A DNA stretch of 64,000 nt from Alphaproteobacteria bacterium (lineage in GTDB: Bacteria; Pseudomonadota; Alphaproteobacteria; SP197). The stretch lies in the NCBI GenBank assembly GCA_965207785.1, contig OZ242305.1:342133-406132 (forward strand), given 5' to 3'. The notes below the pieces were generated by a model that was given only the letters and a program-made list of their open reading frames with translations, did no database searches and was not told the DNA's origin. Numbering within the stretch: the stretch's first letter is position 1; each line of letters starts with the position of its first letter. Positions 25,568-36,192 of this stretch are shown here, in pieces. The position numbers and the translations under genes were made by a program.

Positions 25568-26851
25568 TCAGCCGTGAGGCCTCAACGCCGACCTGACTTC
25601 ATGCATCGCCCGTCGGCCGGAGAGCCAGGCGCCATGGCACGTGGCGTGAAACTCCGGAATGGTCGCCTCGCCGGCAAAGAAGATTCGCTCGTCGATCGGC
25701 CTGGCGAGCTCCAGGCGCTGGTGGGCATTGCCCGGTGTGGCGGCGGAATACGATCCCAGTGTCCATGGATCGCCCTGCCAGGCGGTAACGATCACGCGGT
25801 CGGTGAAGTGCCTGGCGATGGAAGATCCCCATGCCGCCTTCAGGTGCTCGGCAAGGCACTCGACGGACGCCTCCTGGCCTGAGCGTTCGAGCCAGGAGCC
25901 GAATCGACCTCCGGTGACGCCCACGGCCCAGGAGGTGCCGTAGGGCCCGAGTTGCACACCCATCGGCACGTCGCCGTTCGGGAGCAGCACCGTCATATCA
26001 TCATCGCGGCAGTCTCGAGGAAGGTCCTTCAGCAGCATGGCGATTCGGTTGTGAACCCCGAGCGGCAACTCCCGCGCTGCCGTTTCCTTCCAGGCGGGAA
26101 GTCCAGGATCGAAGCTGATGCGTCCAGAAGCCAACACATTGGTGGACACCGTTATCAGAACTGTGCGTCCCCGCACCGTTCCCTTTGGCGTGGTGACGGC
26201 GACACCATCGCGGGTCAGAGTGATCTTCGTCGCCTCGGCATTGAGGGTCACTGGTATCGAAGCGGCCCAAGTGGCCACCAAGGCGCCGTAACCATCGATG
26301 ACCGGCCAGTCCTCGTCGGTATCCCGGTAGGCACAGACGTCGTGCACACCGGTCTGGTCCATGTCGCAAGAGGTTCCCAGCGAGAACCAGTAGGCGTCGT
26401 AGACAGCCCAGGAGCTGTCGAGGTCGACGACATCGCTGACGGCCTTGTCATCACCTTCAAGAACCGCAGAAAACGCCTTGTCTTTCGCCGCAAAATAGGC
26501 ATCGAACTCCGCCAGAGCATCGTCGTCGAGGCGCGATCCCCGGTGGTGGATGTCGCGGTCCCATCCGCTCTCCTGGCGATAGGCGAAACCGTGACTCTGG
26601 GCGATGGCGACAAAGGGATTGAGACTCGCCGAATGCATCCAGTGGCATCCAAGATCGAAGGGTTGTCCGGGGGCAATCTCCTCGGTCAGGGCGCGTCCGC
26701 CAATTCGGTGGGAGGCCTCCAGCAGCGTGAACGTCAGTCCCTGTTCCATGGCGACACGGGCAGCCGACAGCCCCGCCGAGCCGGCGCCGATGATGATGAC
26801 GTCGCAGTGGTCAGCCATTGCACCCGGAGTTCCTTGTTGACGTTTCATCAT
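25568..26851 (-). CDS. FAD-dependent amine oxidase family protein
   Basis: DVIIIGAGSAGLSAAR dinucleotide motif and C-terminal FFAGEAT. Start at MMKRQQ (26851) after GGAGGG. Confidence 0.8.
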   Translation of the reverse strand: MMKRQQGTPGAMADHCDVIIIGAGSAGLSAARVAMEQGLTFTLLEASHRIGGRALTEEIAPGQPFDLGCHWMHSASLNPFVAIAQSHGFAYRQESGWDRDIHHRGSRLDDDALAEFDAYFAAKDKAFSAVLEGDDKAVSDVVDLDSSWAVYDAYWFSLGTSCDMDQTGVHDVCAYRDTDEDWPVIDGYGALVATWAASIPVTLNAEATKITLTRDGVAVTTPKGTVRGRTVLITVSTNVLASGRISFDPGLPAWKETAARELPLGVHNRIAMLLKDLPRDCRDDDMTVLLPNGDVPMGVQLGPYGTSWAVGVTGGRFGSWLERSGQEASVECLAEHLKAAWGSSIARHFTDRVIVTAWQGDPWTLGSYSAATPGNAHQRLELARPIDERIFFAGEATIPEFHATCHGAWLSGRRAMHEVRSALRPHG

Positions 26852-26923
26852 GCACCCTCCACAGGTCATGACGGAAGTGCGCTGTTGCATGACCGGTCCA
26901 GGACCCGAGGGGAGGAAGTGACG

Positions 26924-28453
26924 ATGAAGGAAGTGGTTCTGGGGCGCTGGGTCATCCCGGACGCTCAAGGCGACGTGATCGAGAACGGCGCCGTCGTCGT
27001 TGAAAACGGTCGCATCGTCGCTGTCGGACCAGCCGACAGGCTGCGCCGGGAGCATGGCGACGCGGTTGTCTCAGGAGATCGGGAGTGTGCCATCATGCCC
27101 GGTCTCATCAACGCCCATCACCATTCCTCTGCCGCCAGTCACGTGCAGCACGGCGCGCCCGACATGCTGCTCGAGAGCTGGCTCAAGGCGTTGGCGGTCA
27201 TGCGCCGGTCGCCGACGCGCCTCGACATCCTTCTCTCGGCAACGCGCCAGCTGCAGGGTGGTGTCACGACGGTCGTTGATCTCGCCTCACTGTCGGGGTC
27301 TGCCGAAGAGGTCGCCACAACGTGCGAGGAAGCGCTCCGGGCCTACGACACGGTAGGCATGCGCTGTGCCTTTGGCCCGGGAATTGGTGATCAGAACTTC
27401 CTGGGTGTCGGGCCTGGTGATTGTGACGAGCGCTTTCTTACAAACCTGCCTGGTGACCTCGGCGAGCGGCTGCGTTCGCACTACATGCCGGGAGCCGACC
27501 AGATGACGGCGGCCGACTACATACGTTTCATGGAAGACCTGGTCGGCGCCTGGAAAGCCCACGAGCGTATCGACGTCTGGTTCGGTCCGCCTGGACCGCC
27601 GTGGGTGAGTGACTCGTTCCTTGAACTCATTGGGGACGCGGCATCGAGACTCGACGTCAACATTCAAACGCATGTCTCCGAATCATTTTATGAAAAACTC
27701 CAGGGTCCGAAGTTTCATGGAGCGCCGATGCTTGTCCACCTGCACCGGCTTGGCCTGACCGGACCACGCTTGTCGATGGCCCACGGGGTGTGGATGACAG
27801 AGGATGAGATTGCCATCATGGCCGAGACCGGAACGGCGGTCTCGCACAACCCTTCGAGCAATCTGAGGCTGCGTGCCGGAATCGCCCCGCTCACCGCTTT
27901 CCTCGATGCCGGTGTCGTCACCGCGCTGGGCATGGATTCGACCACCATCAACGATGACGAGGACATGTTCGCCGAAATGCGCCTCGCCCTGCGTCTTGCC
28001 CGTGCGCCGACATACCACGAGTCCGCACCGTCGCCAGGTGACATCCTTGCCTGCGCCACGCAGGGTGGAGCGACACTGATGCGCAAGGATGATCAGGTCG
28101 GACGCCTTGCCCCGGGCCTTGCCGCCGATCTTCTCCTGATCGACATGACGGCGGCCGCAACGCCCTGGGTGGCGCCTGAAGCCTCGCCACGGGACCTGGC
28201 GCTCATGAGAGTGCGGGGCGCGGACGTGCGGGACGTGATGGTTGCCGGGGAATGGGTGCTCAAGGACCGCCTGCCGACCCGCTTCAGTCTCGATGACGCG
28301 ATCCGCGAACTCCACGAAGTCATGGCGGCAACACCCTTTCCCGCATCCTCCCGCGATCTGGCGCTTGAGGCCTTGCCGCATGTCGAGGCCTGGTACGGAT
28401 CATGGGACCATCCCCCGCGTCGGCCCTATGCGGCGATGAACAGCCGAACCTGA
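26924..28453 (+). CDS. amidohydrolase-superfamily deaminase-like enzyme
   Basis: PGLINAHHHS metal motif. Start ATG 26924 after GAGGGGAGGA. The ORF-track extension upstream is antisense to the amine oxidase gene. Confidence 0.8.
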   Translation: MKEVVLGRWVIPDAQGDVIENGAVVVENGRIVAVGPADRLRREHGDAVVSGDRECAIMPGLINAHHHSSAASHVQHGAPDMLLESWLKALAVMRRSPTRLDILLSATRQLQGGVTTVVDLASLSGSAEEVATTCEEALRAYDTVGMRCAFGPGIGDQNFLGVGPGDCDERFLTNLPGDLGERLRSHYMPGADQMTAADYIRFMEDLVGAWKAHERIDVWFGPPGPPWVSDSFLELIGDAASRLDVNIQTHVSESFYEKLQGPKFHGAPMLVHLHRLGLTGPRLSMAHGVWMTEDEIAIMAETGTAVSHNPSSNLRLRAGIAPLTAFLDAGVVTALGMDSTTINDDEDMFAEMRLALRLARAPTYHESAPSPGDILACATQGGATLMRKDDQVGRLAPGLAADLLLIDMTAAATPWVAPEASPRDLALMRVRGADVRDVMVAGEWVLKDRLPTRFSLDDAIRELHEVMAATPFPASSRDLALEALPHVEAWYGSWDHPPRRPYAAMNSRT

Positions 28454-28460
28454 TTCGCCA

Positions 28461-29630
28461 TCAACCGAGGCTGCCCTCGAGTGCGTCGAAAAAGAGTTGG
28501 CGGAACGTGTCATCGGTGAGCGGCCGGGGATTGGTGGCGGCGGTGGGGTCTGCGAGCCCCTGGCGTACGATCTCGTCGACATCGCGATCGTCGACCCCGA
28601 TCTCGCCCAGAGTGTGCTCGATGCCGAGAGTCCGGCGCAGGTCAAGGACCCAGTCCATCACGGCATCGACTCCGCCGCTCCCAAGGCCGAGCCACCGCGA
28701 GAGATCCCGGTATCGTGCGTCCACGACTTCCCTGTTGAAGGCGATGACATAGGGCATGACGATGGCGTTGGTCCGGCCGTGGTGGGTGTCGAACAGCACG
28801 CCGACAGGGTGTGACAGGGAGTGGATGGCGCCCAGCCCCTTCTGGAAGGCGGTGGCTCCCATGGTGGCGGCCACAAGCATGTTTCCCCGGGCCTCCAGGT
28901 TGGCGCCGTCGCTGACCGCGACCGGCAGCCACTCCTTCACCAGGCGCATGCCCTCAAGGGCAACACCGTCAGCCATGGGGTGATAGCCGGGGGCACTGAA
29001 GGCCTCGAGGCAGTGGGCGAGCGCATCCATGCCGGTCCACGCCGTGACGGAACGCGGAAGCCCGACGCTGAGCCGGGGATCCTCGATGACGATGCCCGGC
29101 AGCATCCGGGGGTGAAACAGGATCTTCTTGGTGCGCTCGGCCTCGTCAATGACGACAGCCGCACGTCCCACCTCGGACCCCGTCCCGGCAGTGGTGGGAA
29201 CGGCGACGACCGGCAGGATGGTGTTGTGGTTGGCACGTCGCCAGTTATCTCCCTTGTCTTCGAACACGAACATGTCAAGCGTCTGTCCGGCCATGAAGGC
29301 GATGGTCTTGCCGGCATCCATGGCGCTGCCGCCGCCAAGGGCGACGACGCCGTCATGGTCTCCGGAACTGAGGTGTCCGACTCCTCGCGTGATATCGGAA
29401 CCGGACGGATTGGGACTGATGTCGCAGAAGAGATCCGCCTGCAGTCCGGCCGCGCGAATGTCGCTGAGGACGCGGGTGACCATGTCGAAGCCGGCAAGTC
29501 CCGGATCTGTCACGAGAAGGGGCCGCGTCATGCCCAGTGTGCGGCAGGCATCCGCGAGTTCGGCAATCCGCCCGGGGCCGAAACGAATTTCCGTGGGCCA
29601 AGTCCAGGTGACGTTCTCAGGCACGGTCAT
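28461..29630 (-). CDS. iron-containing alcohol dehydrogenase
   Basis: ALGGGSAMDAGK and histidine-rich metal site pattern. Start ATG 29630 (alternative 29660). Confidence 0.85.
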   Translation of the reverse strand: MTVPENVTWTWPTEIRFGPGRIAELADACRTLGMTRPLLVTDPGLAGFDMVTRVLSDIRAAGLQADLFCDISPNPSGSDITRGVGHLSSGDHDGVVALGGGSAMDAGKTIAFMAGQTLDMFVFEDKGDNWRRANHNTILPVVAVPTTAGTGSEVGRAAVVIDEAERTKKILFHPRMLPGIVIEDPRLSVGLPRSVTAWTGMDALAHCLEAFSAPGYHPMADGVALEGMRLVKEWLPVAVSDGANLEARGNMLVAATMGATAFQKGLGAIHSLSHPVGVLFDTHHGRTNAIVMPYVIAFNREVVDARYRDLSRWLGLGSGGVDAVMDWVLDLRRTLGIEHTLGEIGVDDRDVDEIVRQGLADPTAATNPRPLTDDTFRQLFFDALEGSLG

Positions 29631-29723
29631 GGCATCGTCGATCCTGTTGTGGGGTGTCATGGTTTGCCTCGTCACGGCGGTGGATGCAAGATGGGTCCCT
29701 GATCCCTGCATTCTGGTCCTGGA

Positions 29724-30620
29724 GTGGAACCGCTTCCCGTCATCTTCGATTGTGATCCCGGCAAGGACGACTCGCTGGCGCTCTTCGTTGCCCTGGCCCT
29801 GCCGGAAGTCATCGATGTCCTTGGTGTCACCACGGTTGCCGGAAACGTTCCGGTCGAACACACGAGCCGCAATGCGCGACGGATCGTGGAAGCCGCAGGA
29901 CGCCACGATATACCTGTCTATCCCGGTTGTGCCCGGCCTCTTCTGCGAAACACCGTGACGGCTGTCGAGGTCCATGGCGCCGACGGAATGGGGGGATCGG
30001 GGCTTCCCGATGCCGAGCTTCCCGTTGAGGACTTCCATGGCGTGGAGGCGCTTGCCGGTTTTCTCGAGGAAGCCTCGACTCCACTGACCATTGCAGCGAT
30101 CGGTCCGCTGACCAACATTGCCTTGCTGATTTCCCTGCGACCGGATCTGGTGCCGGCGATCGGACAGCTGGTGGTCATGGGTGGCGCCCGCAGAGGGGGC
30201 AATGTCACGCGGAACGCCGAGTTCAATATCTTTGCCGACCCCCATGCCGCACGGATCGTGCTCTCCGGCAAGGTGCCGGCGACCGTCGTTCCACTGGACG
30301 TCACCCGGGGTATCCTGCCGCCACAGGACTGGTTCGACGCCATGGAAGGCTATGGCGAGCCGGGGAGAGCCGTTGCCGCCATGTGGCGGGAATCACCGGT
30401 GGCGCTTCACGATGTCACAGTGACTGGGTTGTTGGCGTGGCCTGAACTCTATTCGCTCGAGTCATGTTCGGTCGATGTGATCTGGAATGACACCGGCGAC
30501 TTTGGGCGCACCGTGTTCAGCAGGGATGACGGACCGCTCAGAGTCGTGAAGCGCGTCGACCGGCAACTCCTTTCCGACAGGGTGACAGAGACAATGAAGA
30601 GCTATGCCGCGCCACAGTGA
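29724..30620 (+). CDS. nucleoside hydrolase (IUNH family)
   Basis: N-terminal DCDPGKDD aspartate cluster, GTG start. Confidence 0.85.
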   Translation: MEPLPVIFDCDPGKDDSLALFVALALPEVIDVLGVTTVAGNVPVEHTSRNARRIVEAAGRHDIPVYPGCARPLLRNTVTAVEVHGADGMGGSGLPDAELPVEDFHGVEALAGFLEEASTPLTIAAIGPLTNIALLISLRPDLVPAIGQLVVMGGARRGGNVTRNAEFNIFADPHAARIVLSGKVPATVVPLDVTRGILPPQDWFDAMEGYGEPGRAVAAMWRESPVALHDVTVTGLLAWPELYSLESCSVDVIWNDTGDFGRTVFSRDDGPLRVVKRVDRQLLSDRVTETMKSYAAPQ

Positions 30621-30638
30621 CGCCTCTGGGCTGGGGTC

Positions 30639-31613
30639 TCAGGCAACCCGGTCCGGCGGCTCCTGACCGGCAAAGAAGGCGTCGAGATTGTCCAGTGCGC
30701 GAAATCCCATCGCGTTCCGGGTTGGCATGGTGGCACTGCCGAGATGCGGCAGGAGGAAGACATTGTCGAGGTCGCGATAGCCCGGATGGATGTTGGGCTC
30801 CCCATCGAACACGTCGAGTCCTGCGGAAAAGAGCTTGCCGCAGGAAAGGGCGGCAATCAGGGCATCATCGTCAACGACATTGCCGCGTGCCGTATTGACG
30901 ACAATGGCGCCGTCGGGCAGCAGCCGAAGGCTCTCCTCGTTGATGATGCGCAGGGTCTCGGGCGTTGACGGACAGTGAATTGACAGGATGTCGCTGACGG
31001 CCAGCAGACTCTCGAGGCTGTCGTGAAAGCGGGCGCCCGCCTCCAGTTCGCCTGTCAGCCGTGACCGGTTGTGGTAATGCACCTCCATGCCGAAACCGGC
31101 GACCCGTCGGGCCAGTGCCTGTCCGATGCGGCCCATTCCGAGAATACCCAGCCTGGCCCCGGTGACGTGGACACCCCGCATGGCGGTCGGCGCCCAGGCG
31201 CCCCAGGTCTTCTCGTAGATCATTCTCTGGCCCTCGTGCACCCGCCTTGCGGCGCCCAGGATCAGCAGCATGGCTATATCGGCGGTGGCATCGGTGAGAA
31301 CGTCCGGCGTATTGGTGACGACAATTCCGCGCTCGGCCGCCGCGTCGATGTCGATGTGTTCATAGCCAACGGAGAACGACGCGATCACCTTGACGCCGTC
31401 ATTGAGCCGGTTGATGACCTCGGACGTGATCCTGTCAGTGGGGCAGGGAACGAGGGCTTCGGTCTCGCGGCATCCTTCGACCACCTCGTCAGCCGATGGC
31501 AGATGATCGTCGGCATTGAGAATGGGCCGATAGTCGCGCTTGAGGCGATTCTCGACGGCATCGGGGAGTCGGCGGGTGACAAAGACCGAGGGGCGGTGGT
31601 CTGCGCTTGACAT
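30639..31613 (-). CDS. D-2-hydroxyacid dehydrogenase (glyoxylate/hydroxypyruvate reductase-like)
   Basis: GILGMGRIGQALARR NAD motif and the conserved R..E..H catalytic pattern (NTARG, PHLGSAT). Confidence 0.85.
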   Translation of the reverse strand: MSSADHRPSVFVTRRLPDAVENRLKRDYRPILNADDHLPSADEVVEGCRETEALVPCPTDRITSEVINRLNDGVKVIASFSVGYEHIDIDAAAERGIVVTNTPDVLTDATADIAMLLILGAARRVHEGQRMIYEKTWGAWAPTAMRGVHVTGARLGILGMGRIGQALARRVAGFGMEVHYHNRSRLTGELEAGARFHDSLESLLAVSDILSIHCPSTPETLRIINEESLRLLPDGAIVVNTARGNVVDDDALIAALSCGKLFSAGLDVFDGEPNIHPGYRDLDNVFLLPHLGSATMPTRNAMGFRALDNLDAFFAGQEPPDRVA

Positions 31614-31662
31614 GGTTGTTCCTGACTTTCAAATACGTGGGGTGCCGAAAGAAACGTCCTTA

Positions 31663-32430
31663 ATGAAATCCCGGGACAATCGCAAAACATTCATCGCCAT
31701 GCTGCTGCTGGTCTGGGCGGCGGGTGGGGCACAAGCGCTCGACATGCTGTCCCATCGGGCTTCCTACCATGCCAGTGTACAGATTCTGCGAGGTGATCCG
31801 GCGATCAGGGCAGGGGAGGGATTCGTCGAGTGGAGAACGGAGGATCACTGCGAAACCTGGCTATTCAACGAGGTCTCGCTCATCCGTATCGGAAGTGGAA
31901 GTGATGCGTCCGAATTCGCCAGCAACCAGGTGAGTTTCGAGGCCAAGGACGGGTCGTGGTATCGCTATCAGAACGAATTCGATGGACCGGGTGGAGCAGA
32001 ACTCTCTTCGGGCGAGGCGGTGATGAGTGCAGCGGACAGGTCGGGACGGATCGTGGTCGACGAACCAGAATCGCTCACCGGAGACCTGCCCGTTGGCACC
32101 ATGTTTCCGATGCGCTTCACCATCGATGTTCTTGAGCGCGCCGCCACGGGCGAGAGGTTCATGAACCACGTCGTCTTCGACGGAAGGGATGGAGCCGTGG
32201 CGAGCGAGTACACGACCTTTGTGCAGTCGGTCGGGGAAAGCAATGGCCACAGGATCTGGACCGTCAAGGTCTCGATCTTCACGGACCCGGAACACATCGG
32301 CCCGGAGATGGAAGTGACAGCCGGTATTCGTGATGATGGCGTCATCGACACCATTCGCTACGAAGACGGCACGACAATCACCACCCTGACGCTCCACGAG
32401 TTGACCGAGCTCCCCGACGGCGACTGCTGA
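31663..32430 (+). CDS. periplasmic DUF1849 / EipB-like protein, tentative
   Basis: Signal peptide, HRASY motif near the mature N-terminus, one early Cys (DHCETW) and a C-terminal Cys (GDC), as I recall for EipB-type proteins. Confidence 0.5.
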   Translation: MKSRDNRKTFIAMLLLVWAAGGAQALDMLSHRASYHASVQILRGDPAIRAGEGFVEWRTEDHCETWLFNEVSLIRIGSGSDASEFASNQVSFEAKDGSWYRYQNEFDGPGGAELSSGEAVMSAADRSGRIVVDEPESLTGDLPVGTMFPMRFTIDVLERAATGERFMNHVVFDGRDGAVASEYTTFVQSVGESNGHRIWTVKVSIFTDPEHIGPEMEVTAGIRDDGVIDTIRYEDGTTITTLTLHELTELPDGDC

Positions 32431-32533
32431 TCGCAGGACGGACATGCTCTGAATCGTGGGGCGGCGACGGAGACCATCACTGTGGAGAGGGGTCCGCCGG
32501 ACCGCTTCGCTCCAGGCGGATTCCCGACAGGCG

Positions 32534-33265
32534 CTACCGCGTCACGACAAGATGATAGCCAAAGTCAAGGGATTCCCTGTGTAGAATCCGGGAGTATCGG
32601 CGTACCCACGCACCGCTCCTGAGGTCATTGTCCAGACGCTGCAGCGGTTCGGTAATGTCTCCGATCTTCCAGAATGACGAAATCGAGCGGCGAACGTCCG
32701 GGTCGAGATAGGCGGCGGGCCGCCGCCAGTAGGCGCAGAGCATGCCGTCGATGCAGTCATGGGGAATGGGAACCGCGATCCGCTCGACCGGACCGAGCGC
32801 GGCCTCGAAGTCGTCCATGGCAGGCATTTGCCGACTGTCCAGGCTTGCCAGGGATGGCAGGTAGTCGAGCAACCAGAAGTTCGACATCAGGGAGTCGAAG
32901 GTCAGGACGACGATCTTGTCGCGCGTCACCCGTCGCATCTCCCGCAGACCCCGGCGGGCGTCGTCCCAGTGGTGAACTGTGAGGATGGCCATCGAGGCAT
33001 CGAAAGCCCCGTCCCCGAACGGCAGGTCTTCGGCAAGGGCCTGAACGACCACCGCGGCGTCATGCGGCCGCTGCCGGATCATGGCTGCGGACGGCCCCAC
33101 GGCGGTCACCACGAGGTCAGACGGTTCGTAGGAGCCGGTGCCCGCACCCACATTCACAACGGTGCGTGACTCGCCAAGATGGGCATGGATTGACGCGGCG
33201 ATTCTCGGATCCGTGCGGCGCAGGCGGCGATAGCCAACGCCAATCGTGTCATAGAGCACGGTCAC
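32534..33265 (-). CDS. class I SAM-dependent methyltransferase
   Basis: VVNVGAGTGSYE motif I and downstream acidic motifs. Confidence 0.8.
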   Translation of the reverse strand: MTVLYDTIGVGYRRLRRTDPRIAASIHAHLGESRTVVNVGAGTGSYEPSDLVVTAVGPSAAMIRQRPHDAAVVVQALAEDLPFGDGAFDASMAILTVHHWDDARRGLREMRRVTRDKIVVLTFDSLMSNFWLLDYLPSLASLDSRQMPAMDDFEAALGPVERIAVPIPHDCIDGMLCAYWRRPAAYLDPDVRRSISSFWKIGDITEPLQRLDNDLRSGAWVRRYSRILHRESLDFGYHLVVTR

Positions 33266-33356
33266 GGGAACGCCGGTTCGCTGCCATCGCCGTGTCCATG
33301 TGACAGGTGCGCGACGACCATTTTCTCCATCGACGCCAACAGGGTCAGGGGAGGAA

Positions 33357-34013
33357 TCACGAAGGGCTCACGCCCAGGCAACCCTCGATGTAGGAGCGGA
33401 TGCCGGGCCAGTCGCGGGCATGGTGATGACAGTTGGTCGCGGGCCCAAGGAGGTCCGCCAACCGCCGGTTGGCCACATAGTGAATGCGGATGACATCCCC
33501 GGAGAGGCTGGCGACATCCCGGTGATGTTCGGGAATGTCATCGACAAAGAAAACGGGCCCGCTTGTCCGCGAGGCAAGGTGTGCGACAGCCGGCGCCTTG
33601 GAGCCGCGGTTGGCGATGACAGGGTAGGGCATGCCCTGGCTCTCGAGGGCGTGAGCCCGCGCTTCGCGGAATTCGGGCCAGATATTGCTGAGAACAACGA
33701 TCTGCAGATGGCGGCCCAGATACTGCAGAGCTTCCGCCGCCCCGTCGACGGCGGCAATCGATCGGGTGTGGTTTTCGAAGAAGGAATAGATGAGTGATCT
33801 GACAGCCGAGGTTTCCACCGCCTCGCCCGTACGATCGTCGATGATGTTGCCATTGAGCCGGAACGACGCCCAGGAGAAGCTCAGACCGCGACCGTTCAGG
33901 AAACGCTCGAAGCCTTCCATGAAGGCGAAGAGCACCTCGTCGGCGTCGCTGATGAGAAGGGGACGGCTGGAATCGATGCCGAGAGCGTTCAGCTCATCCT
34001 GCATCCGCGTCAA
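33357..34013 (-). CDS. HAD-like hydrolase, tentative
   Basis: ISDADEV (DxDxV motif I), VVLSN (motif II), FVDDIPEHH (motif IV). TTG 34013 or ATG 34004 start. Confidence 0.5.
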   Translation of the reverse strand: MTRMQDELNALGIDSSRPLLISDADEVLFAFMEGFERFLNGRGLSFSWASFRLNGNIIDDRTGEAVETSAVRSLIYSFFENHTRSIAAVDGAAEALQYLGRHLQIVVLSNIWPEFREARAHALESQGMPYPVIANRGSKAPAVAHLASRTSGPVFFVDDIPEHHRDVASLSGDVIRIHYVANRRLADLLGPATNCHHHARDWPGIRSYIEGCLGVSPS

Positions 34014-34028
34014 GAAGTGGAACCGGGC

Positions 34029-34196
34029 CTACTTCAGCCTGGCTTCCTTGAACACCACGTGTTTGCGCGCCACGGGGTCGTACTTGCGAAAGGAGAGTTT
34101 CTCCGTCTGCGTGCGCGGGTTCTTCTTGGTCACATAGTAGTATCCCGTGTCGGCTGTGCTCTCGAGTTTCACGAGAATGGTGGTCGGCTTGGCCAT
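34029..34196 (-). CDS. rpmG: 50S ribosomal protein L33
   Basis: 55-codon ORF below the ORF-track cutoff. My codon-by-codon translation is [55 protein letters not shown]. Confidence 0.9.
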   Translation of the reverse strand: MAKPTTILVKLESTADTGYYYVTKKNPRTQTEKLSFRKYDPVARKHVVFKEARLK

Positions 34197-34434
34197 GGTT
34201 CACCCGCTCCGGCAAGTCGACCGGACACTAGGGAAGAGCCATCGGTCATGTCAAGCACCGGACGCTGCGTTGTCGGAACTCGGCGGTGCGATGCGACCAC
34301 GGCGGGACGCGCATGATAAGGCCACTCAGGTGTTCCAATCACCGGGAAACGGCTTGCACCTGCTGGCTTCGTTCCGCAAGTGCCCATCGCCTGGGGCACG
34401 AAGGCGGTCGATCGGGAGTGGATTGACCGTTGTG

Positions 34435-36141
34435 TCATTCCCAATGAAGAGGCAGGTGAAAGACAGGTGTTCTGGCATCCCTGCCTGCGGCTGTCGGCTT
34501 GGGAAGGGGGACGTCGGACGGTGGCAGCGGTGCGCGTCCGAGAATCATGTCGGCCGCCCTTTCCCCGATCATGATGGAGGTGGCATTGGTGTTGGCGTTG
34601 ACGATGCTCGGCATGACCGAGGCGTCGACCACGCGCAAGCCCTCAATGCCTTGAACCTTCAGTGCCGGATCGACCACGGCACTGGAGTCGCTGCCCATCC
34701 GGCAGGTTCCCGCCAGGTGAAAGTCGCCGGCCACGTTGTCGCGGAGATAGGCCTCGATGTCGCCATGGGAGCGGACATCCGGGCCGGGATCGACTTCCTG
34801 CGGACCATGGGCCTGGTGGGCCGGACGGGAAACGATGTCGCGGCTGATGTCGAGGGATCGCTTCATGCGCTCGAGGTCCGCGTCCGTCGAAAGGAAGTTC
34901 GAGACGATGCGCGGAGGGTCGTCCGGTCTGGCGCTGCGCAGCCGGACCCAGCCACGGCCGTCGACACGCGTCGGGCCCAGGCAAAAGGTGAAGCCATGGC
35001 TCCCGGGCAGGACCTCGCCCTCGTGGGTGAGAAGGACGGGCAGGAACTGGATGAGCATGTCGGGGTGGGAGAGCGAGGGCTCCGTCCGCAGCCACGCGCA
35101 GGTCTCGACATTGTTGGTGGCGCCGGGCCCGGTGTGCGTCGTCAGCCATCGAAGACCGGTATAGGCCATCATGTGCGGCTTCATGTAACGGCTCATGGAA
35201 ACGGGTTGGTCGACACGGCACTTCATGTAGATGATCGGATGATCCTGAAGGTTCTCTCCGACACCCGGAAGGTCGACCCTGACATCGATGCCATGGTGGC
35301 GCAGTTCGTCTGCCGGTCCGATTCCCGAAAGCTTGAGCAGGTGGGGAGAGCCGACGGCGCCGCCGGCAAGGATGACCTCCCGGGTGGCCCGAAAGGTGTC
35401 GCTGCCTCCGTCGCTTCTGCGCACGGTGATGCCCGAGGCGCGGTTGCCCTCGATGGCGATGGCCGTGGCCAGAGCCCCCGTCTCGATGGCGAGGTTGGAG
35501 CGATGCCGGTTGGGACGGATGTAGGCCTCGGCGGTCGATGCGCGCACGCCGTTGCGGATGTTCATCTGAAAGGCGCCGAAACCCTCCTGGAGTTCACCGT
35601 TGATGTCCTCCGAAAAAGGGTAGCCCGCCTCAATGCCCGCCTCGATGAAGGCCCGATAGAGATCGCTGGGCCAGGCGCCCTTGATGACATGCACCGGCCC
35701 GGAACCGCCGCGCCAGCGGTTTTCGCCACCCTGCCAGGTTTCAAGGCGCCTGAAGTAGGGCAGGATCTCGCGCCACGACCAGCCTGTGGCGCCTTCCTCG
35801 ACCCAGCGCTCGAAATCGAGGGCGTGGCCGCGGATGAAGCACATGCCGTTGATGGAGGATGACCCGCCCAGCACCCGGCCCCTTGGCTGGATGATGGAAC
35901 GGTTGTTGAGTTGTGGCTCCGCTTCGCCCTCGAACATCCAGTTGAATCGGGGATTCTGCCAGGTGCTGCCGAACGCGGCGGGCATCCCCACACGCCAGTG
36001 GTTGAACGGCGTGCCCCGCGCCGGACCGGCTTCGAGAAGAAGAACCCGGATTGAAGGATCCTCCGTCAGCCGGGCTGCCAGGGCGCATCCGGCGCTTCCC
36101 GCGCCCATGATGACATAGTCGTACTCCCGCCCGTCGGTCAT
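34435..36141 (-). CDS. GMC family oxidoreductase (choline dehydrogenase-like)
   Basis: DYVIMGAGSAGCALAARL FAD motif, GGSSSINGM, C-terminal GMC signature region. Confidence 0.9.
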   Translation of the reverse strand: MTDGREYDYVIMGAGSAGCALAARLTEDPSIRVLLLEAGPARGTPFNHWRVGMPAAFGSTWQNPRFNWMFEGEAEPQLNNRSIIQPRGRVLGGSSSINGMCFIRGHALDFERWVEEGATGWSWREILPYFRRLETWQGGENRWRGGSGPVHVIKGAWPSDLYRAFIEAGIEAGYPFSEDINGELQEGFGAFQMNIRNGVRASTAEAYIRPNRHRSNLAIETGALATAIAIEGNRASGITVRRSDGGSDTFRATREVILAGGAVGSPHLLKLSGIGPADELRHHGIDVRVDLPGVGENLQDHPIIYMKCRVDQPVSMSRYMKPHMMAYTGLRWLTTHTGPGATNNVETCAWLRTEPSLSHPDMLIQFLPVLLTHEGEVLPGSHGFTFCLGPTRVDGRGWVRLRSARPDDPPRIVSNFLSTDADLERMKRSLDISRDIVSRPAHQAHGPQEVDPGPDVRSHGDIEAYLRDNVAGDFHLAGTCRMGSDSSAVVDPALKVQGIEGLRVVDASVMPSIVNANTNATSIMIGERAADMILGRAPLPPSDVPLPKPTAAGRDARTPVFHLPLHWE

Positions 36142-36192
36142 GGCGCGTTGTCTCCCCCGGCCATTGCTGCAAGCCCGAAGGATAGGGGTTCT

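Noticed and set aside
25952-26923. N-terminal 324 codons of the 833-aa ORF 25952..28453
   Set aside because: This part is antisense to the amine oxidase gene. The amidohydrolase homology begins at MKEVVLGRW (ATG 26924), which has a strong SD.
34147-35862. 571-aa plus-strand ORF
   Set aside because: Antisense to the GMC oxidoreductase gene, which has clear FAD motifs. No motifs of its own.
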